Below are positions 37,591 through 50,353 of a stretch of 64,000 nucleotides of DNA, in pieces (within the stretch, counting starts at the first letter, position 1; every line of letters begins with the position of its first letter). Source of the DNA: Chiloscyllium plagiosum (taxonomy: Eukaryota); NCBI RefSeq assembly GCF_004010195.1, contig NC_057725.1:57854218-57918217 (forward strand), in the 5' to 3' direction. Under the pieces are notes generated by a model. The model was not told the origin of the DNA and ran no database searches. It saw only the letters and a program-made list of their open reading frames with translations. A program made the translations under genes and the position numbers.

Positions 37591-40500
37591 CTAACTAAAT
37601 AAATACCATCTTCCGCCAACCCGAAAGGCCTGGGGGGTTTTCTGATATCCAACCTCGCAAGATAGTCTTCCTTGCACAGAATATAAAAATATTGAAAAGT
37701 TTTGCCTTATGCGAGTCTGCAGGAAATACAAAAGGAGCGAAATAGGGTCTTTCTCCACCCCGATACCTAAAATCCTCTCCATTGCACCCACCACAGCGCT
37801 ACAATATGTTTGAAGCCTGTCACAAGACCAAAGACAATGGGTAAGAGTACCCGTACAGACCTTGCACTTGGGGCATGCTGAAGATACCCCTGGTTTAAAT
37901 TTTGACAAACGATCTGGGGCTAAGTGGACCCTGTGGAGAATCTTCAACTGTAAAGCAAATTGATATCTTCCTTGCATTCTCCCAAATATCCTCCCATGCC
38001 TCTGAAGAAACTTCAACACCCAGCTCTCTTTCCCACATCTTGCAGAGTCGATCAGACTCATTGGGTGGCACCCCCCAATTGGTGATATAGAGTACTGACA
38101 GAGAGTGTACTCTTAGCCCTTAGTACTCCTCTTTCTATGTCAGATTTGTAGGGACCAGTCAAAAGTGTGGTCCTTTTTTGAATAAAATCCCTAACTTGAA
38201 AAAAACGAAAGAGGTCTCTATTAGGTAACTCGTACTTCTGTACTAACTGATCGAAGGACATCATTACATCTACCTCAAATAAATCACCCATGCACAGATA
38301 TACCCCTAGCTGCCCAACATTTAAATCCTGAATCTATCATACCTAGTTGAAAACTCGGCATACCCACTAAAGGTGTAAATAAAGATGTTTTGCCAATATT
38401 ACCTTCCCTCTACCAAATTGCCCTCCATGCTTTAACAGTATTGATGACAATTGGGTTATGGCAATATTCCCTAACTGTCCTCACCTTGTCCAAAAAGAGC
38501 AAACTGGTAAGGGGGCACCTTGCCTGGGAGACTTCGATATTTAGCCATATTGAAAGAGGGTCCCCACAAACCCAATCACTTACGTAGGTCAAAAGCGAGC
38601 TTAATTGGTCATTTTTAATGTCCGGAAGGTCTACTCCCCCCACTCTGTGAGGAAACTGCAGTTTGGCTAATTTAATGAGGGGCCGTTTATGTTGCCAGAT
38701 AAAGGAGCTGAACCAACTGTTCAGTCTCCTGAGTGTTTGTTTATTGAAAATCAGGGGGAGCATCCGGATAGGGTATAGCAAATGAGGGAGAATATTCATC
38801 TTAATAAGCGCTATACGACCCAACCATGAGACTGGAAGTGCCTCCCATCTGTGGAGATCTTGTTTAATTTTTTCAAATAATTGAGCAAAATTGGCTTTGA
38901 ACAGCCAATCCAGAACTGGAGTGATGAATATGCCCAAATACACAAAACCCCCCTGTGACCACCTAAATGGGAATCTATAGTCACTCTCAAGAGCCAACTC
39001 TTTCATAAGACCACCCATAGGCATAGCCTCTGATTTAGCAAAATTAATCTTATACCCTGAAAAAGCGCCAAACGCGAGAGTGCATTGTGTCAGGCAAGGC
39101 ACTGAGACTGCTGGATTTGTCAAGAAAGTTAGAACATCGTCTGCATACAGCGAGATCTTATGTAATTTTGACCCCACTTCTGGAGCTGATATATTGCGAT
39201 CCCCACGAATGGCCTCTGCCAACGGTTCAATCACCAACATAAAAAGTAATGGTGAAAGGGGACAGCCCTGCCGGCTGCCCCTAGAAATATTAAAATTGCT
39301 TGATCGTACACCGTTGATAATGACCGCAGCGAGAGGTTCACTGTAGAGAACCTTTACCCATCTTATGAAATCTTCGCCCAGACCAAACCGGTCTAGAGTA
39401 TAGAAAAGGTACGGCCACTCAACTCGGTCAAATGCCTTCTCTGCATCTAAAGAAATCACCAATCCCTGTATTGACTGCTGTTGGCATGCTTGAATTACGT
39501 TATGCAGCTTCCTAACGTAATTGGAGGATCTGCGACCCTTTATGAAGCCTGTCTGATCCTCTGTAATAATAGAAGGTAACACAGTCTCCAGTCTTAATGC
39601 AAGAGCCTTAGAAAGGATCTTAAAGTCCACATTTAAGACCGAAATGGGCCTGTATGAAGCACAGTCTTCCGGATCCTTCCCTTTTTAAAGGATAAGTGAA
39701 ATATTGGCCTCTCGCAGAGATGGTGGGAGACAAACATGACTGTATGAATCATTAAACATATTCAGCATCGGGCCTGACAGTATACTTATAAATTCCTTAT
39801 AGAATTCACTGGGAAGTCCATCAGGCCTTTCCACTCTGAAGCTGCCTCACAGCCTCCTGCACTTCTTGCTCTGATAATGGGGCATTGAGAAAGGACTGTT
39901 GTTCAGGAGTCTCACCTGGGAGCTTCAGATCTCTAAAAAAGGCCTGCCCCTCCTCACAATTCTCAGACTGATATAATTTAGAGCAGAATCTCTGGAATGC
40001 CACATTAATCTTTTTAGAATCACATGTTAGGTTCCCAGACCCTTCCCTAATCACTGTAATGGTTTGTGGGGCACTTCTCTTTCTGGCAAGGTATACTAAG
40101 TATTTGCCTGGCTTGTCACCGTGCTCGTATAACCTTTGCTTTGCAAAAGCCAGCTTCTTCTTTGCCGTCTGCCTGAGCACGGAATTTAGTGCAGACCGCA
40201 GTGCCGTAATCCTCTGTAGTTTGACCAATGAGGGTCTGTCAAAATAGGCCTTCTCGGCTGCCTTCAACCATGCTTCAAAGAGACGTTGCTGCTCACCCTT
40301 CTGCCGCTTCCTACTTGTGGAATATGAAATAACTAACCCTCTGGCATAAGCTTTGGCAGTTTCCCAGAGAACAAATGAGCTATCAACCAAGCCAATGTTG
40401 ATGTCTAGGAATGCCCGAAATTCCCTAGAGAAATACTCCACAAACTTGCTGTCCATGAGAATAAAGGGGTCCATTCACCAGTACCTTAAATCCACTGTAA

Positions 40501-41200
40501 CATCCTTAATTTTAACCAGATGGCAATATTACCAATCGTACAGAATGCCACCAGATTCAGGGTTACCGCAGGGGTCAGAAAAAAATCAATCCTCGTGTGA
40601 CATCTGTGCAGATTGGAGAAAAACGTTAAATCCCTACCTGTAGGGTGGAGACACCTCCAGATGTCCACCAATCCTAATTCCCCACATAAACCTAATAACT
40701 GTTTAGTTTGTGCAGAGGGTATCGAGGGACCTTTAGGCAACCTGTCTACTGTGGGGTCCATGAGGCAGTTAAAATCTCCCCCTATAATGATGTGCTGAGA
40801 CTTGAGACTTATCAGTTTAGAAAAAGCATCTTCCAAGAATTTAAGAGGATGAGCTGGGGGACAATAAACATTTAAATGCCATATTTTCCCCATTTATCAA
40901 GGCTTTAAGAATTACAAACCTCCCGTATGTGTCTTTAACACATTCCATCAATTTAAATGAGAGATTTTTCCTAACCAATATAGCCACTCCCCTACTTCTG
41001 GTATTAAATGATGAAAAATAAACTCAGTCAAAGCCATTCTGCTGTAATTTCAGGTGCTCTTTGTCATCCAAATGTGTCTCCTGTAACAAAGCAATATCTA
41101 CCTTCTGCTTTCTAAGACTGAAGAGTACCTTCTTCCTCTTAATTGGTGAGTGACTTCCCATGATATTCCAGGTACACCATTTAATCAAATCATTAGCCAT
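37591..41200 (-). pseudogene. L1 ORF2p (APE endonuclease, reverse transcriptase, CCHC), disrupted by frameshifts and stops
   Basis: TWNIMG, ALLQETHL, GGDFN, TRIDFF; SLDAEKAFDRVEW, RQGCPLSPLLF, LYADDV; CPKCKVCTGTLTHCLWSC. Split over several ORFs. Confidence 0.92.
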
Positions 41201-41805
41201 AATCTTCTGCAATTACATTTAAATTCCAGAGAGGAGGAACACGAACCACAAATTGCTGAGCTTTAGTGTCGCATGATCCACCAAATATAAAAACTACATA
41301 AACTAAAACCACTACATTTAACAAACATATAAAATTATTAAAAATAAAAAACAACAAAAAACAGAAAACAAACCAACATATAAAGCACCAATAGCGCTGA
41401 ATAGGGGAACTCACCCCCTGCCCAGAGGGGGCAACTACCCGTCCCGAACTGCCCAAAAATAGGCATCTAACCATCTCAACCACCTTCACTTCTCCCAGCT
41501 AGAGCCGCATCGCAAGCACAAGCTAAAAAGAATAAACACCCCATAGAATATCAATATGAATAAAAAACATTCTTTTATTAAAAAAAGGGGGAATAAATAC
41601 CCCACCCATCCTTTGGTATGTCCTAACTTAGAAATTTAAAATGTACATCTTAACCACCGCCAGACATAGTTTGAACCAAATTATTATCAATAGAGGTAAA
41701 AAAAAGGGGAAATACAAAGCTCCAACTGGATTTCCTCCATTTCTTTTACAGAATAATAAATGCATACCCAAGCAACGATATTTATACATACTACAATTGT
41801 TTAAC

Positions 41806-42621
41806 TTAGGTTAGTTTGTCCACAAAGTCTCTTGCCTTCTCCGATGTGTCAAAGAGATGCATGGATCCATCTAAGGTGATCCGAAGCACTGCCGGATATC
41901 TCAGGGAGTACTGAATCCCAAGCTCCTTCAAACTTCTCTTGACACCATCATACGATTTTCGTTTCTGGATCACCGCTGCTGAAAAGTCCTGAAAAAACAT
42001 GATTTTAGACCCTTCGTAAATTAGGGCCTTTGGATCCTTCCCCTGGAGTCTGGAAGCCTCCATGACTCTCTCCTTATCCTGGTAATGATGGAACGGCACC
42101 AGGAAAGGACGAGGGCGTTGACCCAGACCCGACCTCCCTGCTGCGACCCGGTCAGCCCTCTCTATCTTCAATCCTCTCATGCCAGTCTCCAAGTCAAGGA
42201 ATTTCGGAAGCCAATCTTCAAGAAATTCCACAGGCTGTGCACCTTTCTTACCCTCTGGGAGACCGATGATCCGAATGTGTTTTCTCCTGCCCCTGTTTTC
42301 AAGATCATCCACTTGGTCACGCAAATTACGAACCTGCGTCTTCAGGGCTTGGATCTCTTCCTTGAATGAACTGGCATCAGCTTCCACCACTGTGACCCTG
42401 TGCTCCACCTCATCCGTCCTCTTCTCCAGGTCTCCCAGCTGCTGCTCATGCTTCTGCAGCATGAGAGAGACTGCAGCCAGCTTCTCTTCAATCTGTTTCC
42501 CCAAGATCTCGCGAGAGTTCGAGAGCTGGTTCACCAGGTCCTGGAGAGTAATCTGCTCTGAGGCTGCTGCAGGCTGAGCTGCAGGCCCGGCCTCAGATGC
42601 TCCTCCTCCCTTTTTAGGCAT
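41806..42621 (-). CDS. L1 ORF1p (coiled coil, RRM and CTD; Transposase_22-type), intact 271 aa
   Basis: Heptad-rich coiled coil, LENRGRRKHIRIIGLPEG, IERADRV, IMFFQDFS and YSLRYPAVLRI motifs. Confidence 0.9.
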   Translation of the reverse strand: MPKKGGGASEAGPAAQPAAASEQITLQDLVNQLSNSREILGKQIEEKLAAVSLMLQKHEQQLGDLEKRTDEVEHRVTVVEADASSFKEEIQALKTQVRNLRDQVDDLENRGRRKHIRIIGLPEGKKGAQPVEFLEDWLPKFLDLETGMRGLKIERADRVAAGRSGLGQRPRPFLVPFHHYQDKERVMEASRLQGKDPKALIYEGSKIMFFQDFSAAVIQKRKSYDGVKRSLKELGIQYSLRYPAVLRITLDGSMHLFDTSEKARDFVDKLT

Positions 42622-43414
42622 TTCTGAACAGCTGAAAATACAGGTAAGTCAATTTTTAAATGTTTCTTGGTGCTCCACAATCTTTCCAACACCCCAAGAG
42701 ATCCTGATGACCTGGGTTGGGTGGGTTAAAGGACTGTCCTGCTCCTGCTGCGATGCAAAGCTCTGCAGTGTGATCTTCTCAGATCGCCACCATCTTAGAT
42801 CCCCTCTAGTTCTTTTTAAAATGAAACACAAAAACTAAAAGGGAAAAAAAAGAGGTCTAAGATATTGTACTTAATGAACGACTCTGAAGAAGAATCAGGT
42901 GTGCTCAGGACAATATACTTTATTTGGTTAGTAAGGCACCAACGGGGGTCCTCCTGAATTTTGCCTGCATTTTCTAAATGTTATGGACCTTGGAATATAT
43001 TTCTTTTACTCCACCTTGGTCACCTTGTAACTGTGCCTCTGTCATTGGCAGATAAACCTGAATCATTCATTTCTATTGATGCTGCCAGTTTTTTGAATTA
43101 TTCCACAGATACTCCACACAGTCAGATAAATTGAGTTACATTTATAATTTTTAATGACTCTTCCCTACATTGGCTTTACTGTCTGATGCACTATTACCAT
43201 TAAACCTCCTGTTCCTTTTTATTCCAGTTGACTTGTTGTTACCTACATCAGTGTAAAAAGTGAAGTAAATTTGCCATACTCGCAGAGAACACTGCAGCCA
43301 ACTTAGAATAATAGACTTCCCTAAACATATTTCATCTTCACAATGAGGTGTCTGATACATTTTCTAATATGCAAAGGCTGCTTGATTCAAAGGAAATCAG
43401 GTAAGACTCTAGGA

Positions 43415-43682
43415 CAAGAGCAAATTACTGCAGATGCTGGAATCTGCACTGAAAAAAACAAATGCCAGAACCCCACCAACCTCCAGATACATCGTATCAT
43501 CCGTCGTCATGTCCGCCACCTCCAAACGGACCCCACCACCAGGGATATATTCCCTCCCCTCCCCTATCAGCGTTCCGAAAAGACCACTCCCTCCGTGACT
43601 CCCTCGTCAGGTTCACACCCCCCACCAACCCAATCTTCACTCCCGGCACCTTCCCCTGCAACCGCAAGCAATGCAAAACTTA
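43415..43682 (+). mobile_element. Penelope-like fragment: short inverted pseudo-LTR end joined to the RT/GIY-YIG linker
   Basis: PTNLQIHRIIRRHVRHLQTDPTTRDIF, then by frameshift PSPPLSAFRKDHSLRDSLV..PGTFPCNRKQCKT. Confidence 0.8.
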
Positions 43683-44399
43683 TCTGTGTAGTCAGAAGTC
43701 TAGGATCTATTCTACTCTTTACTCTTAACCTTAAACTTTACTCTTACAACTTATATCACGCAGTTTAGAACACCTGACAAAGATCTTTGCAAACACTGCT
43801 GAATGAGAATGCAATGCTGGAGTAAACTTCAGTTCAATGTCAAAAGTGACACACTCTGAACTTAGACTCACTCTTCACACTAGAGTAAAGCATTATAAGG
43901 CAGAATGTGGATGTTAATGCAGTACTGGACATCATTCATCCTTAGCGAGTGTGCGCTTATGAGACACAAAGGTACAATGTGCTTTTGCCCTCATAGAAAT
44001 TCACAGTCATGAATGACAACATAAAATGGCCATACATGTGGAAAATGAGTGAAGGAAAGGTCTGATTAGAAGGTGCTCACATTAACTTTGATATTAGTAA
44101 TCTCCTCCCAAGATACAAAGTCTTGGCTGCATCATGAACATAAAGTTTTGAAGAATGTACAAAATTTGTTGCTATCCAGGATACTTCTCAGAGATGAGCA
44201 TCTCTTGCTATTATAACTTTTACTCTCTTTGGCACATGTCAACAGATTGTTTAACTCTGCACACATATTTTCAGATGCGCTATTTAATTTAACAATGCAT
44301 TTATACCCAGGCCATCTGCTGCCCCTCAAAGGACTTTCATTCTCTTTGCCTTCCCATTATGTCTAGGTGCACAGCACAGGTTGAAAGAGCATTATCTGC

Positions 44400-46021
44400 T
44401 GTGGATGCTGGAAGATATTAATGGACGAGCCCTGGGAATTTATGGCTAGAGGGACCGGTCAGGCTGAGAGTGTCCTGCGCAGAGTCAGGCACACCTTTCC
44501 TGGCAGCAATGTCCCCAGGGTTGGGGCTTGCAAGTCGTGGGGCCAGGCACCTCTGGTGTCTACTGAGAATTCTGGAGGATCTTGATGTGGCTCGTCCTCT
44601 ATCTTGCACCAGCCTGTTCTCTGGAGAAGAAAGGACAACTGCACTGAGGTCCGGGTCTCTTACCCTCTGACGCTGTTTCTCTGCAGCGTACTGCTGGACA
44701 TAGCTCGCAATTATAACAGTTAATGGAGACAGCCATACACACGGACAATGGAGCCGACACTGGATCGGTAATGTTGGTGAACTCCTCAAACCTTCAATCC
44801 AGTTTGCTGAGTGTCTCATTGCTGTCCCTGGACCTGCTTGTGCATTTACATGAGGTTATTAAACACCGGTGCCCACTAGGTCATCTTCTGCTGGGGCCTG
44901 AGCAGAGATGCCTGGTCTCCAGCCAAGTGGCCTTAGGTGCCTTTCAACCTTGACCAGTTGCAGAGGCTGGTCCAATCCTGAGTCCAATCCAGAGAACGTT
45001 CCCATGGAGGTGAGTCTCAGAGCTGGTATAGGCCTGCAAGAGAAAAACTTGCCAGTACACTCTTTGAGGGATCGTGACTTTCTCTCTAAAAGTCGCAGAG
45101 GAATTGATGCCTGGGGAGGCAAGTCGCTTCAGGGTGGAGGCACTGTTGGTGCCTGCCTAATATAAGAGAGCGAATTAATTGTGCTACAAGGATAGAAGCT
45201 TGAAGAATAAGATCATGGTGGAGGTCATGGGAGAACAGCACAGTACAATGAGGCTTACTCGGTCACTTCAACATGGAGGTCTTAGCATCGCCACAGAAGC
45301 AGCCACAACCGCTCCAATAAGTTCAAAAGGTTTCTCATTGAGGGGGATGAGAAGAAAAATGTCGACCACCCTAAACTCCACTCCCATATTTGCCTTGATG
45401 GCCTTCATTTGGGCTTGTACTCCTACAATGATACAAACAAAGATATTAAGTGAGATTCAAGCGGTTGGAAGAGCTTGTTGGTGGTAGTTCATGAGCAGGA
45501 GAGGCTGGGCAGTGCCCCAGTGAATGAGTCGTAAGGGCAGGAAGGCCTCATAGCTTGGAAAGGCAAGATAATGAAGGTCATTGACGTCTTATGGCAGCAG
45601 TTAAGTTCCTTCCGTTCGTAGAAATAGCACTGACTCCTGGGTGGTACTATGGTCTTATTGGTAGTTCTGAGGCCTTCCCCTCCGTCCACCAGAATCTCCA
45701 CATCTCCTTCAGTGAAACAGTGTGGCAGCTTTCCTTTCTCAACTCTTTTAGAATTGCATCGAGCAGCACACTTGCAATGGTATTTCCTGGCTGGCAGCAT
45801 TTGAACTGGTCTGAAGCGGGAGTTTAGACATGGTGCCAACACCTACAGCGAGGACGTCTGTCTCTGTGACAGGATGGCCAAACAATATGGGCATCACGGA
45901 GCCTGAATGCATGAATAATGAGGCGAGTTGTGGAAGTTTGCATGAGCAAAGTCTGGATTGCCCATTGTGGGAAACTCCCTGCAAATCCCCACTTAGGCCA
46001 AAATACAGCACAATTCAGCCT
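44400..46021 (-). mobile_element. Decayed PIF/Harbinger DNA transposon carrying a Myb/SANT-like ORF relic
   Basis: Minus strand about 45590-45740 gives KLPHCFTEGDVEILVDG and, across frameshifts, VSAISTNGRN..CHK..NDL (trihelix Myb/SANT pattern). A TIR-like AATTCAGCC lies at about 46012-46020. Confidence 0.5.
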
Positions 46022-46269
46022 TCTGTGTGTTCAAGTATGAAATGAGGTCGGTGTGTTCACTAAGCCTTAACCTGTGCCTACTGTCCCTGTCAGAACCATC
46101 ACCTGGTCAGTTGCTGAGCGAAGCTAGCAAGAGATCAGATGTCCTCCATCATGATGCACTTTCCTTTAACTTAAAATTAAAGAGACAGTCCAAACAATAA
46201 TCTGTTTATAACAATGTTAGGCTTCTAACATCTCTCCTTGAAAGATCTAAAATTATTAACTTTGTTTTA

Positions 46270-46575
46270 AATTCACTCGCGAGATGTGGACATGGCTGCC
46301 TCACCAGTATTTATAGCCCGTCTGTGGTTGCCCTTCAGAAGGTGATAGTGAGCTGCTACCTTAAGCCATGTAGATGCACAATGTCCTTAGCGGGGGGACG
46401 TCCGGGATTTTGACCCAGCGGTAGTGAATTAACAGCAATACATTTCCAAGACAGGATGGTGAGAGTGGCTTAGAGGGTAACTTGCAGTTGATGGTGCTCC
46501 CAAGTATCTGCTGCCCTTGTCCTTCTAGATGGAAGTGGTCATGGGTTTGGAAGATTCTGTCTAAGGATCTTGGCA
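46270..46575 (-). mobile_element. CR1-group LINE 3' end
   Basis: Reverse complement of the 8545-9372 family tail (GTTGCCCTTCAGAAGGTGATAGTGAGCTGC, CCTTGTCCTTCTAGATGG). Confidence 0.7.
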
Positions 46576-47255
46576 AAGTAGTGATTTCTACAACAATGTC
46601 TGAATGTAGTGCTGCAAACATATTATGAACCAATTCACTCCATTTAGCACAAGTATCTCTCCCTTGTTGTCACATTTCATCATTAAACAGTCTGCCTTGA
46701 CAGCATTATAAAACTCAATCCATGCAAATCTCAGTTGACAGTTAGAACTGGAAGTTCAATTTCTATGAATTTCAAGTTTCTTCCAAATTGAAGTGAATTT
46801 ACTATACGTGACTTAATTTTCCATTATTTTCATAGTTAGCACCCTTTCTCATTTACGGTGTATTTTACAGCTTTCCCATATTCTGGGTTGGAAAATTGGC
46901 TTGGTCTGGTTAACTTTGTCAAGAACAACATTGCTGACCTTTGATAATGTCTTGGGTTTGGTGTGGCTGGCAGGTGTGAAGTGTAAACGCAGAAGACATT
47001 TTCTGAGATTGTATTTCTTACTCTCTGGATTCAGTAGCTTCTTTACTCCTCTTCAAAACCAGGCACCATTTTATCATCAATGGTTATCTTTTAACATTAA
47101 CTCTGAACAGGATGGTTCAATGACTAACTACGGATCTCTGTTCTCTTACATGGCTGCGGGATTTTAATGACCAAGTCTGTGAAGGAACTCTCATGTAGCC
47201 ATAACAGCTGAATTGTTCTCCTCCTGTTTAAATGCAGGTTTACTATTCTTCAGTA

Positions 47256-47341
47256 GTTAAAAATCACACAGCATCAGGTTATAGTCCAAAAGGTTTATTT
47301 GGAAGCACTAGCTTTCAGAGTGATGCTCCTTCATCAGGTAG
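47256..47341 (-). mobile_element. Solo family B pseudo-LTR
   Basis: GTTAAAAATCACACAGCATCAGGTTATAGTCCAAAAGGTTTATTTGGAAGCACTAGCTTTC...; TCTTCAG on both flanks. Confidence 0.8.
47309..47337 (-). ncRNA. Minimal hammerhead ribozyme motif (family B)
   Basis: Minus strand reads CUGAUGA-A-GGAG-CAUCA-CUCU-GAAA-GC-UA, with an AGCU palindrome. Confidence 0.7.
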
Positions 47342-48204
47342 TCTTCAGATGAAATGTGGTTGGGTTGCGGGGGGTGGTAATTTTTCTAGGACCATGTAAT
47401 TAATTCCACTACAATGTTACACACAAATATTACAGTACTTTAAATAATATACTGATTTATATTATTTCAAAATAAACCAGAAATCAAAACAACTTGAGAA
47501 GAAGGTTTGTTTGGAGATTAGGCATGTTTCAGCACTGGTTCCTCAATTGCTGATACATGCCCTAGTGCACCAGTATATCCATGGACAGGAGGCTTATAGG
47601 TTTCATTTTACCGAATTTGGTTTATGTAGTTTCCACGATAAATGGTACAGAAAGTACAGTTTAGATCTCTGTGAGAAGTTCTGGGAATAGTGATAACACC
47701 ACATCAGATGTATGACTTACTGCTCCTTATGATTTTAGGTGTAAACTCTAAAGCCAGTTCAGAAACAACATAAACTAAGGAAATGTGCGGGCGTTGCAAG
47801 AAGCTGGAATTATGTCCATAAACAGCAGAGGGTACTAACTGAGCTTTGTGTAGAACTAACAGAATAGATGGAGGAAATTTAGGCACCAGTCACTTATGTC
47901 TGAATTCCCTAAATTTTAAGACTAAAATTTGGTAGTTTTGACACTGAGCTTTAAGAATGTTCTGAACCATGAGGCCGAAGCCATTAAATAACCTTTTAAA
48001 ATGGTGATCAGGATCCGATTACAGGATTTCAGCCCCACTCCCAGCATTGGCAGTTTTGAAGCTTCGAGCTGTTCTGACATCACCAGCCTCACTGCAAGAC
48101 CCTGACCAATTGACATGAAGCTGGGCTAACCTTGTGATTTTTGTCAGCTCAGTGGCACCATGAACCATTGGAAAAGTGTGCTCTTAAATCAGGAACCTTT
48201 TAAT

Positions 48205-48970
48205 TTAGATAAATGTGAGGTTCTGCATTTTGCTAAGGCAAACTAGGGCAGGACTTATACAGTTAATGGTCAGTCCTTGGAGAGCGATGTCGAACAAAAG
48301 GACCTTGGGGTGTAGTTACTTGAAAGCAGAGTTGCAGGTAGACATGGTAGTGAAGATGACGTTTGGCATGCTTGCCTTCATTGGTCAGTGTATAGAGTAT
48401 AGGAGTTGGGAGGTCATGTTGCGACTGTACATTGGTGAGGCCACTTTCAGATTACTGTGTACAATTCTGGTCATCCATCAGTCGGAAGGATGTTGTTAAA
48501 CTTGAGAAGGCACAGAAAAGAGTTACAAGGATGGTGCCAGGACTGGAGGGTTTGAGTTATAGGGAGAAGCTGAATAGGCTGGAACCTCTCCCCACCCCCA
48601 TCCCGAGTGCCAGAGGCTGAGGGGGTGACCTTACAGAGGTTTTTTTAAATCATGAGGGGCATGAATATGGTGAACATTCAAGGTCTTTTTCCATGCTTGA
48701 GGAATCCAAAACTGGAGGCCACAGTTTTAAGGTGAGAGGTAAAAGATATAAAAGGGACCTGAGGGGTAACTTTTTCATGCAGAACAAGCTGCCAGAGGAA
48801 GGCTCATACAATTACAACATTTAAAAGACATCTGGATGGGCATATAAATAGCAAGGGATTAGAGGGATATGGGCCAAATGCTGACAAATGGGACTAAGTC
48901 AGATTGGGATGATTGGTTAGGACAGATGAGTTGGACAGAAGGATCTGTTTACAAGCTGTGTGACTCTATA
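48205..48970 (+). mobile_element. HER1/CR1 LINE 3' portion
   Basis: VRPLSDYCVQFWS..RKDVVKLEKAQKRVTRMVPGLEGLSYREKL; tail CTGTGTGACTCTAT. Confidence 0.85.
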
Positions 48971-49393
48971 GTTGTGATTAAGTAGCAAAATACAACTTCA
49001 ATGCATTGATGATAGTGCTTCTTTTTTAGAACATAGCCCGTTAAATTAATGAGTATTTTGAAACCAGAGATGTTTTAAGATTGTATAGAGAACATTATTT
49101 CCTTGATACAGTGCTTCTTCACATTAAATGTTTGGCTAATCTCCACAACCACTAATGAATTCAGGTCAGCAGAGTTTATTGAAATAATTATCAAGAGAAC
49201 AATGAGTTTATTCATATCAACAGTTTTATAAGTTTCTGAGAGTAATTTTTAAAAGGTAGTATTTAAATGGCTATTATTTGAATGGTTTTATAACTTCTTA
49301 ATGAGGGTCTTTTGGCACACTGGTAGTGTCCATGCCTCTGGGTTAGAGCCTCTGGGTTCAAGTATCACCTTCCCCAGACATATATCATAATAT

Positions 49394-49608
49394 CTTAAAA
49401 ATGTGTTGCTGGAAAAGCGCAGCAGGTCAGGCAGCATCCAAGGAGAAGGAGAATCGCCGTTTTGGGCATAAGCCTATTCTTCCTGAAGAAGGGCTTATGC
49501 CCAAAACGTCGATTCTCCTTCTCCTTGGATGCTGCCTGACCTGCTGCGCTTTTCCAGCAACACATTTTTAAGCTCTGATCTCCAGCATCTGCTGTCCTCA
49601 CTTCTCCT
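49394..49608. mobile_element. Young inverted-repeat dimer of family A pseudo-LTR with 14-bp TSD, inside a short tRNA-SINE
   Basis: Near-perfect 80-bp arms; ATATATCATAATAT at 49380-49393 and 49609-49622. Confidence 0.92.
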
Positions 49609-50353
49609 ATATATCATAATATGTCTGAATGAGTTGATCGGATTGGACATTCTGAAGTGATATTGGAATTAATGTCTATTTTTTGACAGTTTCATGAGCA
49701 TCTCAAACTTTTCAATGATGTATTAGGGCTCAGGAGCATGGAGATAAGAGGGGCATGGAGGACTTGGGTGAGCACAGGACTGAGGGAGACATGGGAGGAT
49801 GGAGAGGGTATTGGGATAGGTGGCAACTGAGGAGTGTGAGGGAAGTGAGGACTGAGGGGTATGGGCCCTAACACTCATCACATTGAATGGAGCTAGGCCT
49901 TTGAGACAGCCATCTTTACTAACTGCCCAACCTTTTGGAGGCAGGACTCCTATCTCTGCCATCCTAACATGAAATCAGCCTGGGCTGACAGAGGGCAGCA
50001 CTATGACATTGGGGAATCTCCCAACTTCTGTTTCCCACCTCAACGGGGACAATCTGACCTGGGACCTTACTGAGATTCAGTTATGTTGGGCCTTAAAACA
50101 GCCCTCATGTTTGATAGTCTTTTCAGCTGGATTAAAGTGAAATGTACACTGGCACAGAATCAGTTGTGGCAGCATAGTAAAATATACTGATCTGAAGGTG
50201 CCCAATAGACTATTAGCTCCTGCTAACACCAGCAGTGAGCAATCTCTCAATGAGCTGAAACTAAAAGGAATCTAAAACGTATCTAAAATCTTGTCACAAT
50301 AATTTTACTCATTACTTTAGCAGGTTTAACAATGATTCATGATTCAAAGTTAT

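Larger units (their letters stand above)
37365..42805 (-). mobile_element. Near full-length L1-clade LINE (about 5.4 kb) with 12-bp TSD
   Basis: 5' start AGGGGATCTAAGATGGTGGCG, ORF1, 600-bp spacer, ORF2 (APE-RT-CCHC) and A-rich 3' end; TSD CTAGTTCTTTTT at 37353-37364 and 42806-42817. Confidence 0.93.
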
